64,000 bases of DNA from an uncultured Alphaproteobacteria bacterium (GTDB taxonomy: Bacteria > Pseudomonadota > Alphaproteobacteria > Rhodobacterales > Rhodobacteraceae): assembly GCA_963829385.1 (NCBI GenBank), contig CAWHHV010000005.1:30593-94592 (forward strand), in the 5' to 3' direction. A program made the translations under genes and the position numbers. Each line of letters opens with the position of its first letter. Within the stretch, counting starts at the first letter, position 1. Below are positions 1-11,500 of the stretch, one piece after another. Below the pieces are notes generated by a model, which searched no databases, was not told the DNA's origin, and was given only the letters and a program-made list of their open reading frames with translations.

Positions 1-1
1 C

Positions 2-2782
2 GGCGGCGCCTTCGAGCCCAACGCGCGCGCGACGGTCGCCGAACTGACCGACGGCCTCGAAGTCCGCAGCCAGAACCACTGGCCGAGCCTCGAGCGCGAT
101 GTCGGCGCGGTCGCCTGGCGCGCCTCGGCGCTGCTGCCGGCCGGCTTCTACTACAAGACGTTCCTGCAGCCGCGCGCCGCCTGGAAGCACCTGTTCGAGC
201 CGCTGATCCGCCGCTCCGCCGGCCTCGGCGCAGCCCCGACCGCGCCCGATCCCGACGCATACGACTATCGCTACGCGTTTGCGGACGTGCTGGTCGCCGG
301 CGGCGGCGTCGCCGGCCTCGCCGCCGCGCGGGCCGCCGCGCGCGCAGGCGCCCGCGTGATCGTCGTCGAGCAGGCGCCCTTCTGGGGCGGCCGGACCGCC
401 GTCGACGGCGGCGAGATCGCCGGCCGACCCGCCGCGGACTGGATCGCCGCGACCCGTGCGGAGCTCGCGGCGCTGCCGAACGTGACGCTGCTCGACCGCA
501 CGATGCTCGCCTCGGTCGCCGACCACGGCTACGCGCTCGCCTGGCAGAAGCTCGGGACCCCCCAGGTCCGCGAGCGGATCTGGCGCATCCGCGCGCGCCG
601 CATCGTCACCGCCGCCGGCGCGATCGAGCGCCCGCTGCCCTTCGCCGGCAACGACCTGCCCGGCGTGATGCTGGCCTCAGCCGTCCGCGACTACCTCGCG
701 CTCTGGGCGGTGACGCCCGGACGCCGGGTCGCGCTGGTCACCAACAACGACGACGCCTACCGCACCGCCCTCGCGCTGCACCGGGCCGGCGTCGCGGTTC
801 CGATCGTCGTCGACGTCCGGCCCCATGTCGACGCCGCCCTGCCCGCTTCGGTCCGCGCCGCCGGGATCGCGGTGCGGACCGGCGCCGCCATCGCGCGCGC
901 GCTCGGCGGCCAGCGGATCGAGGCGATCTCGGTCTGCGACCACGCCGGGGACGGCAGCGGCGACGGCGACCGGATCGCCTGCGACGCGCTGGCGATGTCG
1001 GGCGGCTGGTCGCCGGTCGTGCACCTGTGGTCCCAGCCCGGCGGCGCCGTGCGCTGGAACGCCGAGGCAGCACATTTCGCGCCCGACCCGGACCGCCCGC
1101 CCCGCGGCGCCGACGGCGCCGCCTTCGTGCTGCCGGCGGGGTCGGCTGCTGGCGCCCTCGCGCTGGATGCGGTCCTCGAGAGCGGCCATCGGGCGGGGCG
1201 CCAGGCGGCCGAGGAGGTGGGGCGGAGCCCCGGCGACGAGGCCGCGCCCCCGGCGCATGCGCCCGACGAGGCCGCGATCCTGCCGGTCTGGATGATGCCG
1301 GAACGCGCGAGCCCCGCCCTGCGCGCGAAGGCCTTCCTCGACTTCCAGAACGACGTGAAGGCGTCGGACGTCGAGCTCGCCGCGCGCGAGGGCTACGCGT
1401 CGGTCGAGCACGCCAAGCGCTACACGACGCTCGGCATGGCGACCGACCAGGGGAAGCTGTCGAACATCCCCGGCCTCGCGATCCTCGCCCGCGCGCTGGG
1501 CCGGCCGATCCCCGAGGTCGGCACCACCACGTTCCGGCCGCCCTACGCGCCGGTCACGCTCGGCGCGCTGGCCGGCGAGGCGCGCGGCCCGCTGTTCAAG
1601 CCGACGCGCAAGACCCCGATCGACGCGTGGCACGCGGCGAACGGCGCGCATTGGGAGCCGGTCGGCGACTGGCGCCGCCCCTACGCCTACCTCCGGCCCC
1701 GCGAGACCGTCGACGCCGCCGTGCGCCGCGAGGTGCGCGCGGTGCGGGGCGGCGCCGGCCTGCTCGACGCCTCGACGCTGGGCAAGATCCTGGTCACGGG
1801 CCCGGACGCGGGCCGCTTCCTCGACCTCGTCTATACCGGCGTCATGTCGAGCCTGAAGCCGGGGCGCTGCCGCTACGGACTGATGTGCACCGACAACGGC
1901 TTCCTGTTCGACGACGGCGTCGTCGCCCGGCTCGGCCCGGACGCGTTCCTCTGCCACACGACGACCGGCGGCGCCGAACGGGTCCATGCCTGGCTCGAGG
2001 AATGGCTGCAGACCGAATGGCACGACCTCGACGTCTGGGTCGCGAACCTGACCGAGCAGTTCGCGCAGGTCGCGATCGTCGGGCCGCGGGCGCGCGACCT
2101 GCTGCAGGCGCTCGACGGCGACATCGACCTGTCGCGCGAGGCGCTGCCGTTCATGGGCTGGGCCGAGGGCGCGCTCGCGGGCATCCCGGCGCGGGTCTTC
2201 CGGATCTCGTTCTCGGGCGAACTCAGCTTCGAGGTCGCCGTGCCGGCCGGGCGCGGCCGCGAATTCTGGGACGCGTGCCTCGCCGCCGGCGCCGCCTTCG
2301 ACGTCCAGCCCTATGGCACCGAGGCGCTGCACGTGCTGCGCGCGGAAAAGGGCTACATCATGATCGGCGACGAGACCGACGGCACGGTGACGCCGCAGGA
2401 CCTCGGCCTCGGCTGGGCGGTTTCGAGGAAGAAGGCCGACTTCATCGGCAAGCGCGCCCAGGCCCGCGCCGACCTGGTCCGCGACGATCGCAAGCAGCTC
2501 GTGGGCCTGCTGACCGAGGATCCGGCCGAGGTGCTGCCCGACGGCGCCCATGCGGTCGACGGCCCGCTGCGCGAGCGCGGCCCGACCCCGACGCTCGGGC
2601 ACGTGACGTCGAGCTATTTCTCGCCCACCCTGGGACGCTCGATCGCCATGGCGCTGATCGCCGGCGGCGCGCGCCGGATGGGCGAGACGCTGGCCTTCCC
2701 GCTCGAGGGCGGCCGGTCGGTCGCGGCGCGCGTCGTCGACCCGCGCTTCTTCGATCCTGACGGAGACCGGCTCGATGTCTGA
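2..2782 (+). CDS. soxA: sarcosine oxidase alpha subunit (5' end outside window)
   Basis: Frame 2 is open from base 2. Translation reads GGAFEPNARATV..PAGFYYKTF..DVLVAGGGVAGLAAARAA (FAD dinucleotide fold), then a GcvT-like C-terminal domain (..YGTEALHVLRAEKGYIMIGDETDG..). The stop overlaps the soxG start (ATGTCTGA at 2775-2782). Confidence 0.88.
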   Translation, partial: GGAFEPNARATVAELTDGLEVRSQNHWPSLERDVGAVAWRASALLPAGFYYKTFLQPRAAWKHLFEPLIRRSAGLGAAPTAPDPDAYDYRYAFADVLVAGGGVAGLAAARAAARAGARVIVVEQAPFWGGRTAVDGGEIAGRPAADWIAATRAELAALPNVTLLDRTMLASVADHGYALAWQKLGTPQVRERIWRIRARRIVTAAGAIERPLPFAGNDLPGVMLASAVRDYLALWAVTPGRRVALVTNNDDAYRTALALHRAGVAVPIVVDVRPHVDAALPASVRAAGIAVRTGAAIARALGGQRIEAISVCDHAGDGSGDGDRIACDALAMSGGWSPVVHLWSQPGGAVRWNAEAAHFAPDPDRPPRGADGAAFVLPAGSAAGALALDAVLESGHRAGRQAAEEVGRSPGDEAAPPAHAPDEAAILPVWMMPERASPALRAKAFLDFQNDVKASDVELAAREGYASVEHAKRYTTLGMATDQGKLSNIPGLAILARALGRPIPEVGTTTFRPPYAPVTLGALAGEARGPLFKPTRKTPIDAWHAANGAHWEPVGDWRRPYAYLRPRETVDAAVRREVRAVRGGAGLLDASTLGKILVTGPDAGRFLDLVYTGVMSSLKPGRCRYGLMCTDNGFLFDDGVVARLGPDAFLCHTTTGGAERVHAWLEEWLQTEWHDLDVWVANLTEQFAQVAIVGPRARDLLQALDGDIDLSREALPFMGWAEGALAGIPARVFRISFSGELSFEVAVPAGRGREFWDACLAAGAAFDVQPYGTEALHVLRAEKGYIMIGDETDGTVTPQDLGLGWAVSRKKADFIGKRAQARADLVRDDRKQLVGLLTEDPAEVLPDGAHAVDGPLRERGPTPTLGHVTSSYFSPTLGRSIAMALIAGGARRMGETLAFPLEGGRSVAARVVDPRFFDPDGDRLDV

Positions 2783-3545
2783 TCCGCGCGTCCAGGTCCT
2801 CCGCCCCCCGTCGTCCGGCATGATCACGGTGCGCTGCGCGCTTTCCGAACCCGCGCTGGCCGAAGCCGTCCGGCAGGCGAGCGGTTGCGCCCTGCCCGAC
2901 CGGCGCCGGATCACGACCGCGCCCGAGGCCGCCGTCGCCTGGATGTCGCCGGACGAGCTGATGCTGTTCGTGCCGCCAAACCGCGTCGCCGATGCGCGGG
3001 CCGCGCTCGCCTTGGCGCTCGAGGGCGTGCACAGCCTCGTGGTCGACGTCTCGGACGCGCGCGCGCTGTTCCGGCTCGACGGCCCGGGCGCGCGCGACCT
3101 GCTGGCGCGGGGCGCGCCGGTCGATCTCGATCCCGCCGCCTTCGGACCGGGCGACTTCCGCCGAACCCGGCTCGGACAGGTCGCCGTCGCTTTCTGGGCG
3201 GTCGAGCCGCAGGTCTTCGACCTGATGTGCTTCCGTTCGGTCGAGGGCTTCGTCGCCGAGTGGCTCGAGACCGGCGCACAAGCGATCAACGCCGGGCGGT
3301 TGACGACGGTTACCGAGGACTTAACGTGGTGCGGGTTTGCATTTTACTTCAGAGGCTTGGCTCGGAACGCGCACTGTGCCCGCTGGCGCGCTCAGGCGGC
3401 CTCGGACGCGTTCCGCGATCGCCGGCCAGCGCGCGTTCGACCAGATCCGGCCCCGCGCCGGGACGATGCGCGCCCTCCGACAGCGTCCGCCGCCAGGCCC
3501 GCGCGCCCGGCCTGCCCTGGAACGCGCCGAGCATGTGCCGGGTGA
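2775..3545 (+). CDS. soxG: sarcosine oxidase gamma subunit; recognisable similarity ends near 3300 and the last ~80 codons look like read-through
   Basis: Follows soxA with an overlapping start. SoxG-like sequence runs ..AWMSPDELMLFVP..LDGPGARDLLARGAPVDLDP..CFRSVEGFVAEWLE... The ORF then continues 245 nt into the convergent dusA 3' end. Confidence 0.65.
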   Translation: MSDPRVQVLRPPSSGMITVRCALSEPALAEAVRQASGCALPDRRRITTAPEAAVAWMSPDELMLFVPPNRVADARAALALALEGVHSLVVDVSDARALFRLDGPGARDLLARGAPVDLDPAAFGPGDFRRTRLGQVAVAFWAVEPQVFDLMCFRSVEGFVAEWLETGAQAINAGRLTTVTEDLTWCGFAFYFRGLARNAHCARWRAQAASDAFRDRRPARVRPDPAPRRDDARPPTASAARPARPACPGTRRACAG

Positions 3546-4401
3546 TCGCGTTCAGCGGCGTGCCCGCCGTCCGCTCCGCCTCGATATAGGGCAGCATCGC
3601 CCGCACCGCCGCCTCGGCGGTCACGTCCGGTCCATCCGCGCCGAACACCCGCCGGTCGACCTCCCCGAGCAGCGCCGGCGCGTGGTAGGCGGCCCGCCCG
3701 ATCATCACGCCGTCGACCCCGCGCCCGAGCGCGTCCAGCGCCGCGTCGATCCCGCTCACGCCGCCGTTCAGCGCGATGGTCAGCTCGGGGAACGCGGCCT
3801 TCATCCGGAAGACCAACCCGTAATCGAGCGGCGGAACCTCGCGGTTCTCCTTCGGGCTCAGTCCCTGCAGCCACGCCTTGCGGGCATGCACCGCGAACGA
3901 CCGGACCCCGGCCTCCGAAACCGTCCGCAGGAACGCCGGCAACACCGCCTCCGGGTCCTGATCGTCGACGCCGATCCGGCACTTCACCGACACCGGAACC
4001 GGCCCGGCCGCGTCGATCATCGCGGCGACGCAGTCGGCCACCAGCTCCGGGGTCCGCATCAGCGCCGCGCCGAAGCATCCGGATTGCACGCGGTCCGACG
4101 GGCAGCCGACGTTCAGGTTGATCTCGGCGAATCCCAGATCCCGCGCCGCCGCCGTCGCCTCGGCCAGCGCCGCCGGCTCCGACCCGCCGAGCTGCAGCGC
4201 CAGCGGATGCTCCGCCGCGTCATGCGCGAGCAACCTCGCGCGCGGGCCATGCATCACCGCGGCCGCCGTGATCATCTCGGTATAGAGCAGCGCCCGCCGC
4301 GTGAACTGGCGGTGAAACCGCCGGCAATGGCGATCCGTCCAGTCCATCATCGGCGCGACGGACAGCCTGTGCGGTCGCGGGTTAACCATCGGCTCCAGCA
4401 T
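3349..4401 (-). CDS. dusA: tRNA-dihydrouridine(20/20a) synthase
   Basis: MLEPMVNPRPHRLSVAPMMDWTDRHCRRFHR..EINLNVGCPSDRVQSG..VSVKCRIGVDD.. matches the DusA family. I chose the internal ATG at 4401 (M48 of the 397-aa ORF) because similarity starts there. Confidence 0.85.
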   Translation of the reverse strand: MLEPMVNPRPHRLSVAPMMDWTDRHCRRFHRQFTRRALLYTEMITAAAVMHGPRARLLAHDAAEHPLALQLGGSEPAALAEATAAARDLGFAEINLNVGCPSDRVQSGCFGAALMRTPELVADCVAAMIDAAGPVPVSVKCRIGVDDQDPEAVLPAFLRTVSEAGVRSFAVHARKAWLQGLSPKENREVPPLDYGLVFRMKAAFPELTIALNGGVSGIDAALDALGRGVDGVMIGRAAYHAPALLGEVDRRVFGADGPDVTAEAAVRAMLPYIEAERTAGTPLNAITRHMLGAFQGRPGARAWRRTLSEGAHRPGAGPDLVERALAGDRGTRPRPPERASGHSARSEPSL

Positions 4402-4646
4402 CTTCCATCCGTTGGGCGACTTCCCCTTGCTCCGGCCCACGCGCCGGCGCCCATACGCTCGCGCCAGGCCGGACCGACGCGTGCGCCGGCCATCCGGCTG
4501 CGCGTCCTCGTATCGCCGACAGGTCGCCGCGTCGAGCGTCAAACGCCGCGACGCCGCCGCCGGGGGCCCGGCGCGGCCGAAGTCCTGGCGAGCAAGCGCC
4601 CGGCGCGGCCCTCACGCGCCGCGGCTCCGGCCGCCGGCCGCCGGCG

Positions 4647-5447
4647 TCAGATCGGCGCAAGGCTCGTGCCCGCGATCTGCGCCCGGTCGGCGAGCCCCTC
4701 GATGAATCGCCTGGAAGCGCGCGCCCAGGCGGCCTTTTCCAGCGCCTGCGCGATCTTGGGCCGCACGGTCTCGTAGGGCAGCACCTGCCCCGGCGCCATG
4801 GCGTTCAGGCGGATGATGTGCCAGCCGTGCCGCGAAAGCAACGGGGCTGCGCTGATGCCGCCTTCGGCAGGCTCGCGCAGCGCCGCCTCGAATTCGGGCA
4901 CGGTGTCGCCCGGACCAAGCTGGCCCAGATGCCCGCCCGAGGCCTTCGAGCCGCAATCGCTTTCGCGGGCGGCGGCGGCGAAGCCCTTGGCGTCGCCGTC
5001 GAGCCTGGCCAGCACGGCCTCGGCCCGCGCCTCGGCCGCCAGGCGCGCTCTGCCTCGTCACGCGGGTCGCAGGCGCACAGGATATGCGAGACATCCCACA
5101 GCGGCGCGGACCGGTAGCGATCGGGATCCTTGGCCCATTCGGCGCGAACCGCCTCTTCGGTCACGGGCGCGATCGTCAGCGCCTCGTCCAGAAGGGCGCG
5201 GATCAGGGCTTCGTCCTCGGTCTCGAACGCGGCCCGGGGCCAGTTCCAGCGGAATCGGGCGCCATGCTTCGCGCGCCGCGCCTCCTGCAACAGCAGGGCG
5301 CGGATCGCCAGCGCCTGCGCCGCCTTGCGCCAGGCGATGCCGGGCTTGTCCTTGGGCGCGGCGTGGTTCTGGGCCTCGGCGGCGATCGCCGCCGAGGGAA
5401 TCGGTTTCGCCGTTCACGACGACGTCGGGAAACAGGGCCATGTTCAT
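4647..5447 (-). pseudogene. PpiC/parvulin-type peptidyl-prolyl isomerase downstream of narI, frameshifted (at least 4 frame changes)
   Basis: N-terminus MNMALFPDVVVNGET starts at 5447 behind a GGAG Shine-Dalgarno (SD, ribosome-binding) motif. The middle lies in ORF 4805..5290 (..EDEALIRALLDEALTIAPVTEEAVRAEWAKDPDRYRSAPLWDVSHILCACDP..). The parvulin domain lies in ORF 4647..5015 (..GGHLGQLGPGDTVPEFEAAL..HGWHIIRL..). Its position matches the PpiC-type gene after narI in Pseudomonas aeruginosa. Confidence 0.7.
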
Positions 5448-5452
5448 CGCGC

Positions 5453-6249
5453 TCACTCCGCCGGTGTGCGTGGCTCGTGCAGGGCCGGGCTTGGCCTGCC
5501 GCGCATCATAGGCGCGGCGGCGCTCCTCCAGCGGACGGCGGCGGCGCGAGCGCACGATCTGGTAGCCCGGCCGCGCCAGCAGGTAGCGGAAGGGCGCGCG
5601 AACCCCGACCAGACATGTGCACCAGCCGCGTGAACGGGAAGAGCAGCGTGATCGATCAGGCCGAGGAAGATGTGCAGCTTGTAAAGCCAGTGCACGTCGA
5701 CCACCGTGCTCCAGGCGTTGATGTTCCAGGTCAGGACGCTTTGCGACCAGGTCATGAAGCGGACCATCTCGGCGCCGTCCATGTGTTGCAGCGTCTGGGT
5801 GATCGTCAGCAGGCCGATCGCCAGCTGCAGCCAGATCAGCACCATGATGCACGATGTCCGCAAAGCTGGACGTGACCCGGATGCGCGGATCGACCAGCCG
5901 CCGGTGCAGAAGCATCGTCGCGCCGATCAGGGCCGCGATGCCCGGCCGGGCCGCCGATCGATGACGGCCATCCACTGCTTCAACCATAGGGAATCGCCGA
6001 GCGCATCCAGCACCCAGACCGGCGTGAACAGGCCGATCGAGATGGCCGAAGAACACCGTCAGGATGCCGACATGGAACAGGATCGAGCCCCAGATCAGCT
6101 GCTTGCGGCGCAGCAGCTGGCTGGACGAGCTTTTCCAGGTGAACGGGTCGCGCTCGTATCGCGCGATGGACCCGACACAGGAATACCGTCAGCGCCGCAT
6201 AGGGCATGATCCCGAAGATGACGAAGTCGATGTCGAAGTCGCCGAACAT
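5453..6249 (-). pseudogene. narI: respiratory nitrate reductase gamma subunit, multiply frameshifted
   Basis: Fragments lie in three frames: MFGDFDIDFVIFGIMPYAALTVFL (from 6249); ..[30 protein letters not shown]..; ..VLIWLQLAIGLLTITQTLQHMDGAEMVRFMTWSQSVLTWNINAWSTVVDVHWLYKLHIFLGLI..; ..PFRYLLARPGYQIVRSRR. The 3' end is approximate. Confidence 0.8.
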
Positions 6250-6264
6250 GTCATGCGCTCCTGT

Positions 6265-6970
6265 TCAGTTGGTGGTTGCGGAGTCGCTGGGCGGTTTGTC
6301 CATCAGGGCCAGCATGTCGCGGACCTGCGGGCAGCCGGCGTTCGGGTCGGGGCCGAAGGTGACCTCGGTCTCCTCCCAGACCGCATCGAGCGCTGCGAGG
6401 TCGGTCGGGTCGTCGTCGGGCTGGGCCAGCATCTCGGCCACCGCCTCGGCGTCGGCCTGCGCACCGGCAAGCTGCGAAAGAGCTGCGAACGCGGCGGCAT
6501 ACCCGCTTTCGCGCCGGACAAGCCGGGCGCCAGAGCGTCGAGGATATGCGCCGCATCCGCCAGGGTTTCCCGCGCCTCGGACGATGGACGCGTCGGCGAG
6601 GAATTCCAGCAGCACCGGCAGGTGGTCGGGCAGTTCCGAGGTGGCGGGCTCGAACCCGCCCTCCCGGTAGGTCTCGATCAGGCTGACCATCGCGCCGCCC
6701 CTGTCGCGGCTTTCGCCGTGGACATGCTCGAACAGGTTCAGCGACAGCGTGCGCGACCGGTCGAAGAGCATCACATAGCTCTCCTGCAGGTCGTAGAGGT
6801 CGCCCTGCCCAAGCCCGTCGGTCAAGCGCCTGCAACGCGGCCCGCGTGTCCGGGTGCGATGCCGCGGATCGGCGGCCAGAGACCTCCCCGATCTCGGGCA
6901 TGGCGGCCTGAAGCTCCGCCGTCGGATAGCTCAGCGTCAGCGACAGCGCCTTGAGTGTGCGGTCCATCAT
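6265..6970 (-). pseudogene. narJ: nitrate reductase molybdenum cofactor assembly chaperone, frameshifted
   Basis: N-terminus MMDRTLKALSLTLSYPTAELQAAMPEIGEV lies in ORF 6251..6970. The remainder (..DLYDLQESYVMLFDRSRTLSLNLFEHVHGESRDRGGAMVSLIETYREGGFEPATSELPDHLPVLLEFL..) lies in ORF 6265..6825. An internal out-of-frame patch runs about 6530-6600. The start overlaps the narH stop (ATGA). Confidence 0.75.
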
Positions 6971-8504
6971 CAGAATGTCTCCGTCGGAAGGGCAAAGGAT
7001 TTCTTCTTGCCGCCGAACAGGCGTGGTCTTGCCCGTCTCGCCGGTGGAACATCCGTTGCCGTCGGTGAACCCGCAGCCGCCGCGAATGTCGGCGCCATGC
7101 TTCGTTCTGTTCGCGGTGCGCCGTGGGGATCGCGAAACGATCCTCGTAGTCGGCGATCGCCATGATCTTGTACATGTCCTCGATCATCCGGCCCGACATG
7201 CCGACGCGGGCGGCGATCGCCCTCGTCGCGCACGCCGTCCACGCTCAGCGCGCGCATGTAGAGCCGCATCGCCGACATGCGTTCCAGCGCATGAACGATG
7301 GGCTCCTCGTCGCCCGCCGTCAGCATGTTGGCGAGGTACTTGCACCGGGATGCGCAAGGACTGCGCACGTCGGGCATCTGGTCGCTCATCGCGATCTGGC
7401 CGGCCTGGGCCGCGTTCTGGATCGGCGACAGCGGCGGGATGTACCACACCATCGGCAGCGTCCGGTATTCGGGATGCAGCGGGAAGGCGACCTTCCAGTC
7501 CATCGCCATCTTCCAGATCGGGCTGACCTTGGCGGCCTCGATCCAGTCCTCGGGCACGCCGTCGCGGCGGGCCGCGGCGATCACCTCGGGGTCGTTGGGG
7601 TCGAGGAACACGTCGAGTTGCGCGCCGTAGAGATCGGTCTCGCGCTCCGCACTGGCCGCCGCCTCGATCTTGTCGGCGTCATAGAGGATCACGCCCAGAT
7701 AGCGGATGCGCCCGACGCAGGTTTCCGAACAGACCGTCGGCTGCCCGCTTTCGATGCGCGGATAGCAGAAGGTGCATTTCTCGGATTTGCCGGTGTCCCA
7801 GTTGTAATAGACCTTCTTGTAGGGACAGCCCGAGATGCACATCCGCCAGCCCCGGCATTTTTCCTGGTCGATCAGGACGATGCCGTCCTCCTCGCGCTTA
7901 TAGATCGCGCCCGACGGGCAGGAGGCCGAGCAGGTGGGATTGAGGCAATGCTCGCAGAGCCGCGGCAGATACATCATGAAGGTATTTTCATACTCTCCAT
8001 AGATTTCCTTCTGCACGTTCTCGAAGTTGTAGTCCTGCGGACCGCTTCGAGAATTCGCCGCCCAGGATCTCTTCCCAGTTCGGGCCCTTCTCGATCTTCT
8101 CCATCCGCTCGCCGGTGATCTTCGACCGGGGGCGCGCGGTGGGGAAGGCGTTCATGTCGGGCGCCGATTTCAGGTGGTCGTAGTCGAAATCGAACGGCTC
8201 GTAGTAGTCGTCGATCTCGGGCATCGAAGGGTTGGCGAAGATGTTCGCCAGGATCCGCCACTTGCTGCCCTGCTTGGGATGCAGGCTTGCCGCTGGCCGA
8301 CCGCTCCCAGCCGCCGTTCCAGCGCTTCTGGTTCTCCCAGTCGGTGGGATAGCCGGTGCCGGGCTTGGTCTCGACGTTGTTGAACCAGGCGTATTCGACG
8401 CCGTCGCGGCTGGTCCAGACGTTCTTGCAGGTGACTGAGCAGGTGTGACACCCGATGCACTTGTCGAGGTTCAGGACCTTGCCGATTTGCGCGCGAACTC
8501 TCAT
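6970..8504 (-). pseudogene. narH: respiratory nitrate reductase beta (Fe-S) subunit, at least 6 frame changes
   Basis: MRVRAQIGKVLNLDKCIGCHTCSVTCKNVW.. (ORF 7974..8504). MPEIDDYYEPFDFDYDHLKSAP.. (ORF 7988..8224). ..YLPRLCEHCLNPTCSASCPSGAIYKREEDGIVLIDQEKCRGWRMCISGCPYKKVYYNW.. (ORF 6970..8016). ..MSGRMIEDMYKIMAIADYEDRFAIPTAHRE.. (ORF 6822..7199). Confidence 0.9.
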
Positions 8505-11500
8505 TCCGCTGCCTCCAGGTTGCCGCTTGCGGGCCGGGACGCGGGTTCGTCCAGCCAGTCGATCTTCTTCATCTTCCGCACGATCACGAACTCGTCGCGG
8601 TTGCTGCCCACGGTGCCGTAGTAGTTGAACCCGTAGGACAGCTGCGCATAGCCGCCGATCATGTGCGTCGGTTTCAGCGTCGCGCGGGTGACGGAATTGT
8701 GGATGCCGCCGCGATGGCCGGTCTTCTCGGAGCCAGGCGTGTTCACGATCTTTTCCTGCGCGTGGTACATGAACAGCGTCCCCTGCTTGATCCGCTGGCT
8801 CACCACCACCCGCGCCGTCAGCGCGCCGTTGACGTTGTAGGCCTCGACCCAGTCGTTATCGACGAGCCCCGCCTTCTGCGCGTCCAGCTCGGACATCCAC
8901 ACGACCGGCCCGCCCCGGTTCAGCGTCAGCATCAGCAGGTTGTCGGTATAGGTCGAATGGATGCCCCATTTCTGGTGCGGCGTGATGAAGTTCAGCACCA
9001 CGTGCGGGCTGCCCTCGGCCGCGTCGTTGTTGACGGCCTTGGTGATGGTCTTCAGATCCACCGGCGGGCGGTAGCCGACGAAGCCCTCGCCGAAGGCGCG
9101 CATCCACAGGTGGTCCTGGTACAGCTGCTGGCGGCCGGTCAGCGTGCGCCACGGGATCAGCTCGTGGACGTTGGTGTAGCCCGCGTTGTAGCAGACCTCC
9201 TCGCTCTCGATCCCCGACCAGGTCGGCGACGAGATGATCTTGCGCGGCTGGGCGGCGATGTCGCGGAAGCGGATCTTGGTGTGATGCGCCCCCTCGGCCA
9301 GATGGGCGTGGTGGCGGCCGGTCGGCTTTTCCAGCTCCTCCCAGGCCTTGACGGCCACTTCGCCGTTGGTCTCGGGCGCGAGCATCAGGATCATCTCGGC
9401 CGCGTCGATGGCGGTCTCCAGCTTGGCATGCCCTTTCGACACCCCCTCGTCCTGCACCACGCCGTTCAGGTCGCGCAGGTGCCCGACCTCGACCTTGGTG
9501 TCCCAGTTGATGCCCTTGCCGCCGTTGCCCAGCTTCTCCAGCAGCGGCCCGACCGAGGTGAACTTCTTGTAGAGGTTCGGATAATCCCGCTCGACCGCGA
9601 TGTAGTTCGGCGCGGTCTTGCCGGGGATCAGGTCGCATTCGCCCTTCTTCCAGTCCTTCACATGGGACTGCGCCAGTTCGCCGGGGCGTGTCGTGCAGCA
9701 GCGGCAGCTGGACGATGTCCGTCTCCACCCCCAGCACCTCGGGCGCGACCTCGCGAGAACTTGCGGGCGATCGACTTGAAGATCTCCCAGTCCGACTTGC
9801 TCTCGTAGGCCGGGTCCACCGCCGCCTGCAGCGGATGGATGAACGGGTGCATGTCCGAGGTGTTGAGGTCGTCCTTTTCGTACCAGCTGGCCGTCGGCAG
9901 CACGATGTCGGAATAGACGGCCGGTGGTGGACATGCGGAAGTCGATGGTCAGACCAGCAGGTCGAGCTTGCCCTCGGGCGCCTCGTCCTGCCAGACCGCC
10001 TCCTTCGGCATCACGCCGCCTTCCTCGCCCAGATCCTTGCCCATCACGCCGTGGTCGGTGCCGAGCAGGTGCTTGAGGAAGTACTCGTGCCCCTTGCCGG
10101 ACGAGCCCAGCAGGTTCGAGCGCCAGACGAACAGGTTGCGCGGCCAGTTCTCGGGCGCGTCCGGATCCTCGCAGGACATCTGCAGGTCGCCGGACTTGAG
10201 CTGCTCGGCGACGTAGTCCCGGATGTCCTTGCCCGCCGCCCGCGCGGCCTTCGACACCTCCAGCGGGTTGGTCTTCAGCTGCGGCGCGGAGGGCAGCCAG
10301 CCCATGCGCTCGGCGCGGATGTTGTAGTCGATCAGGCGAGACGTCCCAGTCGCCCTTGGGCGCGGTGGGAGACAGGATCTCGCCGGCGCGCAGCGTCTCG
10401 TAGCGCCACTGGTCGGTGTGGGCATACCAGCAGGACGTCGAGTTCATGTGCCGCGGCGGGCGGCTCCAGTCCAGCGCGAAGGCCAGCGGCTGCCAGCCGG
10501 TCTGCGGGCGCAGCTTCTCCTGGCCCACGTAGTGCGACCAGCCGCCGCCCTCCTGGCCGATGCAGCCGCACATCACCAGCATGTTGATGATGCCGCGATA
10601 GGCCATGTCCATGTGGTACCAGTGGTTCAGGCCGGCCCCGAGGATGACCATGGACTTGCCCTTGGTCTTCTCCGCGTTCCCCGCGAACTGACGGGCCACC
10701 GCGATGATCTTCTCGCGCGACACGCCGGTGATCTTCTCGGCCCATGCGGGCGTATAGGGGCTGTCTTCGTCGAAGTCCTTCGACGCCCAGTCGCCGCCCA
10801 GGCCCCGGTCGAGGCCGTAATTCGCGCAGAAGAGGTCGAAGACCGTGGCGGCCAGCGTCTCGCTGCCATCGGCCAAGGCGACGCGCCGGACGGGGATGTT
10901 CCGCGTCAGCACATCGGGATGATCGCACTTGACGAAATCGCCGGTCGCGGCGCCGCCGAAGTAGGGGAAGTCGACGCCCACGACCTCGTCGTGGTCGACG
11001 TCGAGGATCTGGCTCAGGCGCAGTTGGGTCTCGGCGCCCTTCGACTGCTCCTCGAGGTTCCATCGGCCCTCTTCGCCCCAACGGAACCCGATCGAGCCGT
11101 TCGGGACCACGATGCGGCCGGACGCGGCGTCGTAGGCGACGGTCTTCCAGTCCGGGTTGTTGGTCTCGCCGAGCTTGTCGTCGAAGTCGTCCGCCCGCAG
11201 CATCCGGCCGGGGACCAGACGCCCGTCCTGTTCGTCGAGCCGCACCAGCATCGGCATGTCGGTGTATCTGCGGGCGTAGTCCTCGAAATACTCGGCCTGC
11301 CGGTCGAGGTGGTACTCGCGCAGGATGACATGCCCCATCGCCATTGCCAGCGCCGCGTCGGTGCCGGCCTGCGGGTTCAGCCAGATGTCGCCGAACTTGG
11401 CCGCCTCGGAATAGTCCGGGCTGACCACGGCGGACTTGGTGCCGCGATAGCGGACCTCGGTATAGAAATGCGCGTCGGGCGTCCGGGTCTGCGGCACGTT

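Noticed and set aside
677-3289. Very long antisense ORFs: 677..3289, 15397..17151, 42293..44644, 45946..49359, 50112..51710, 58592..60178 upstream part, 62088..63857, and many shorter Arg/Pro/Ala/Gly-rich ORFs.
   Set aside because: They lie opposite or out of frame to genes with clear conserved motifs. Their composition is the typical RPAG-rich translation of non-coding frames in high-GC DNA. No recognisable domains.
3349-4646. dusA 5' end as an integration site for a DusA-specific integrative element.
   Set aside because: No integrase or element genes are upstream of dusA. The neighbouring DNA is the nar locus, and the 5' extension of the dusA ORF (4402-4542) looks non-coding.
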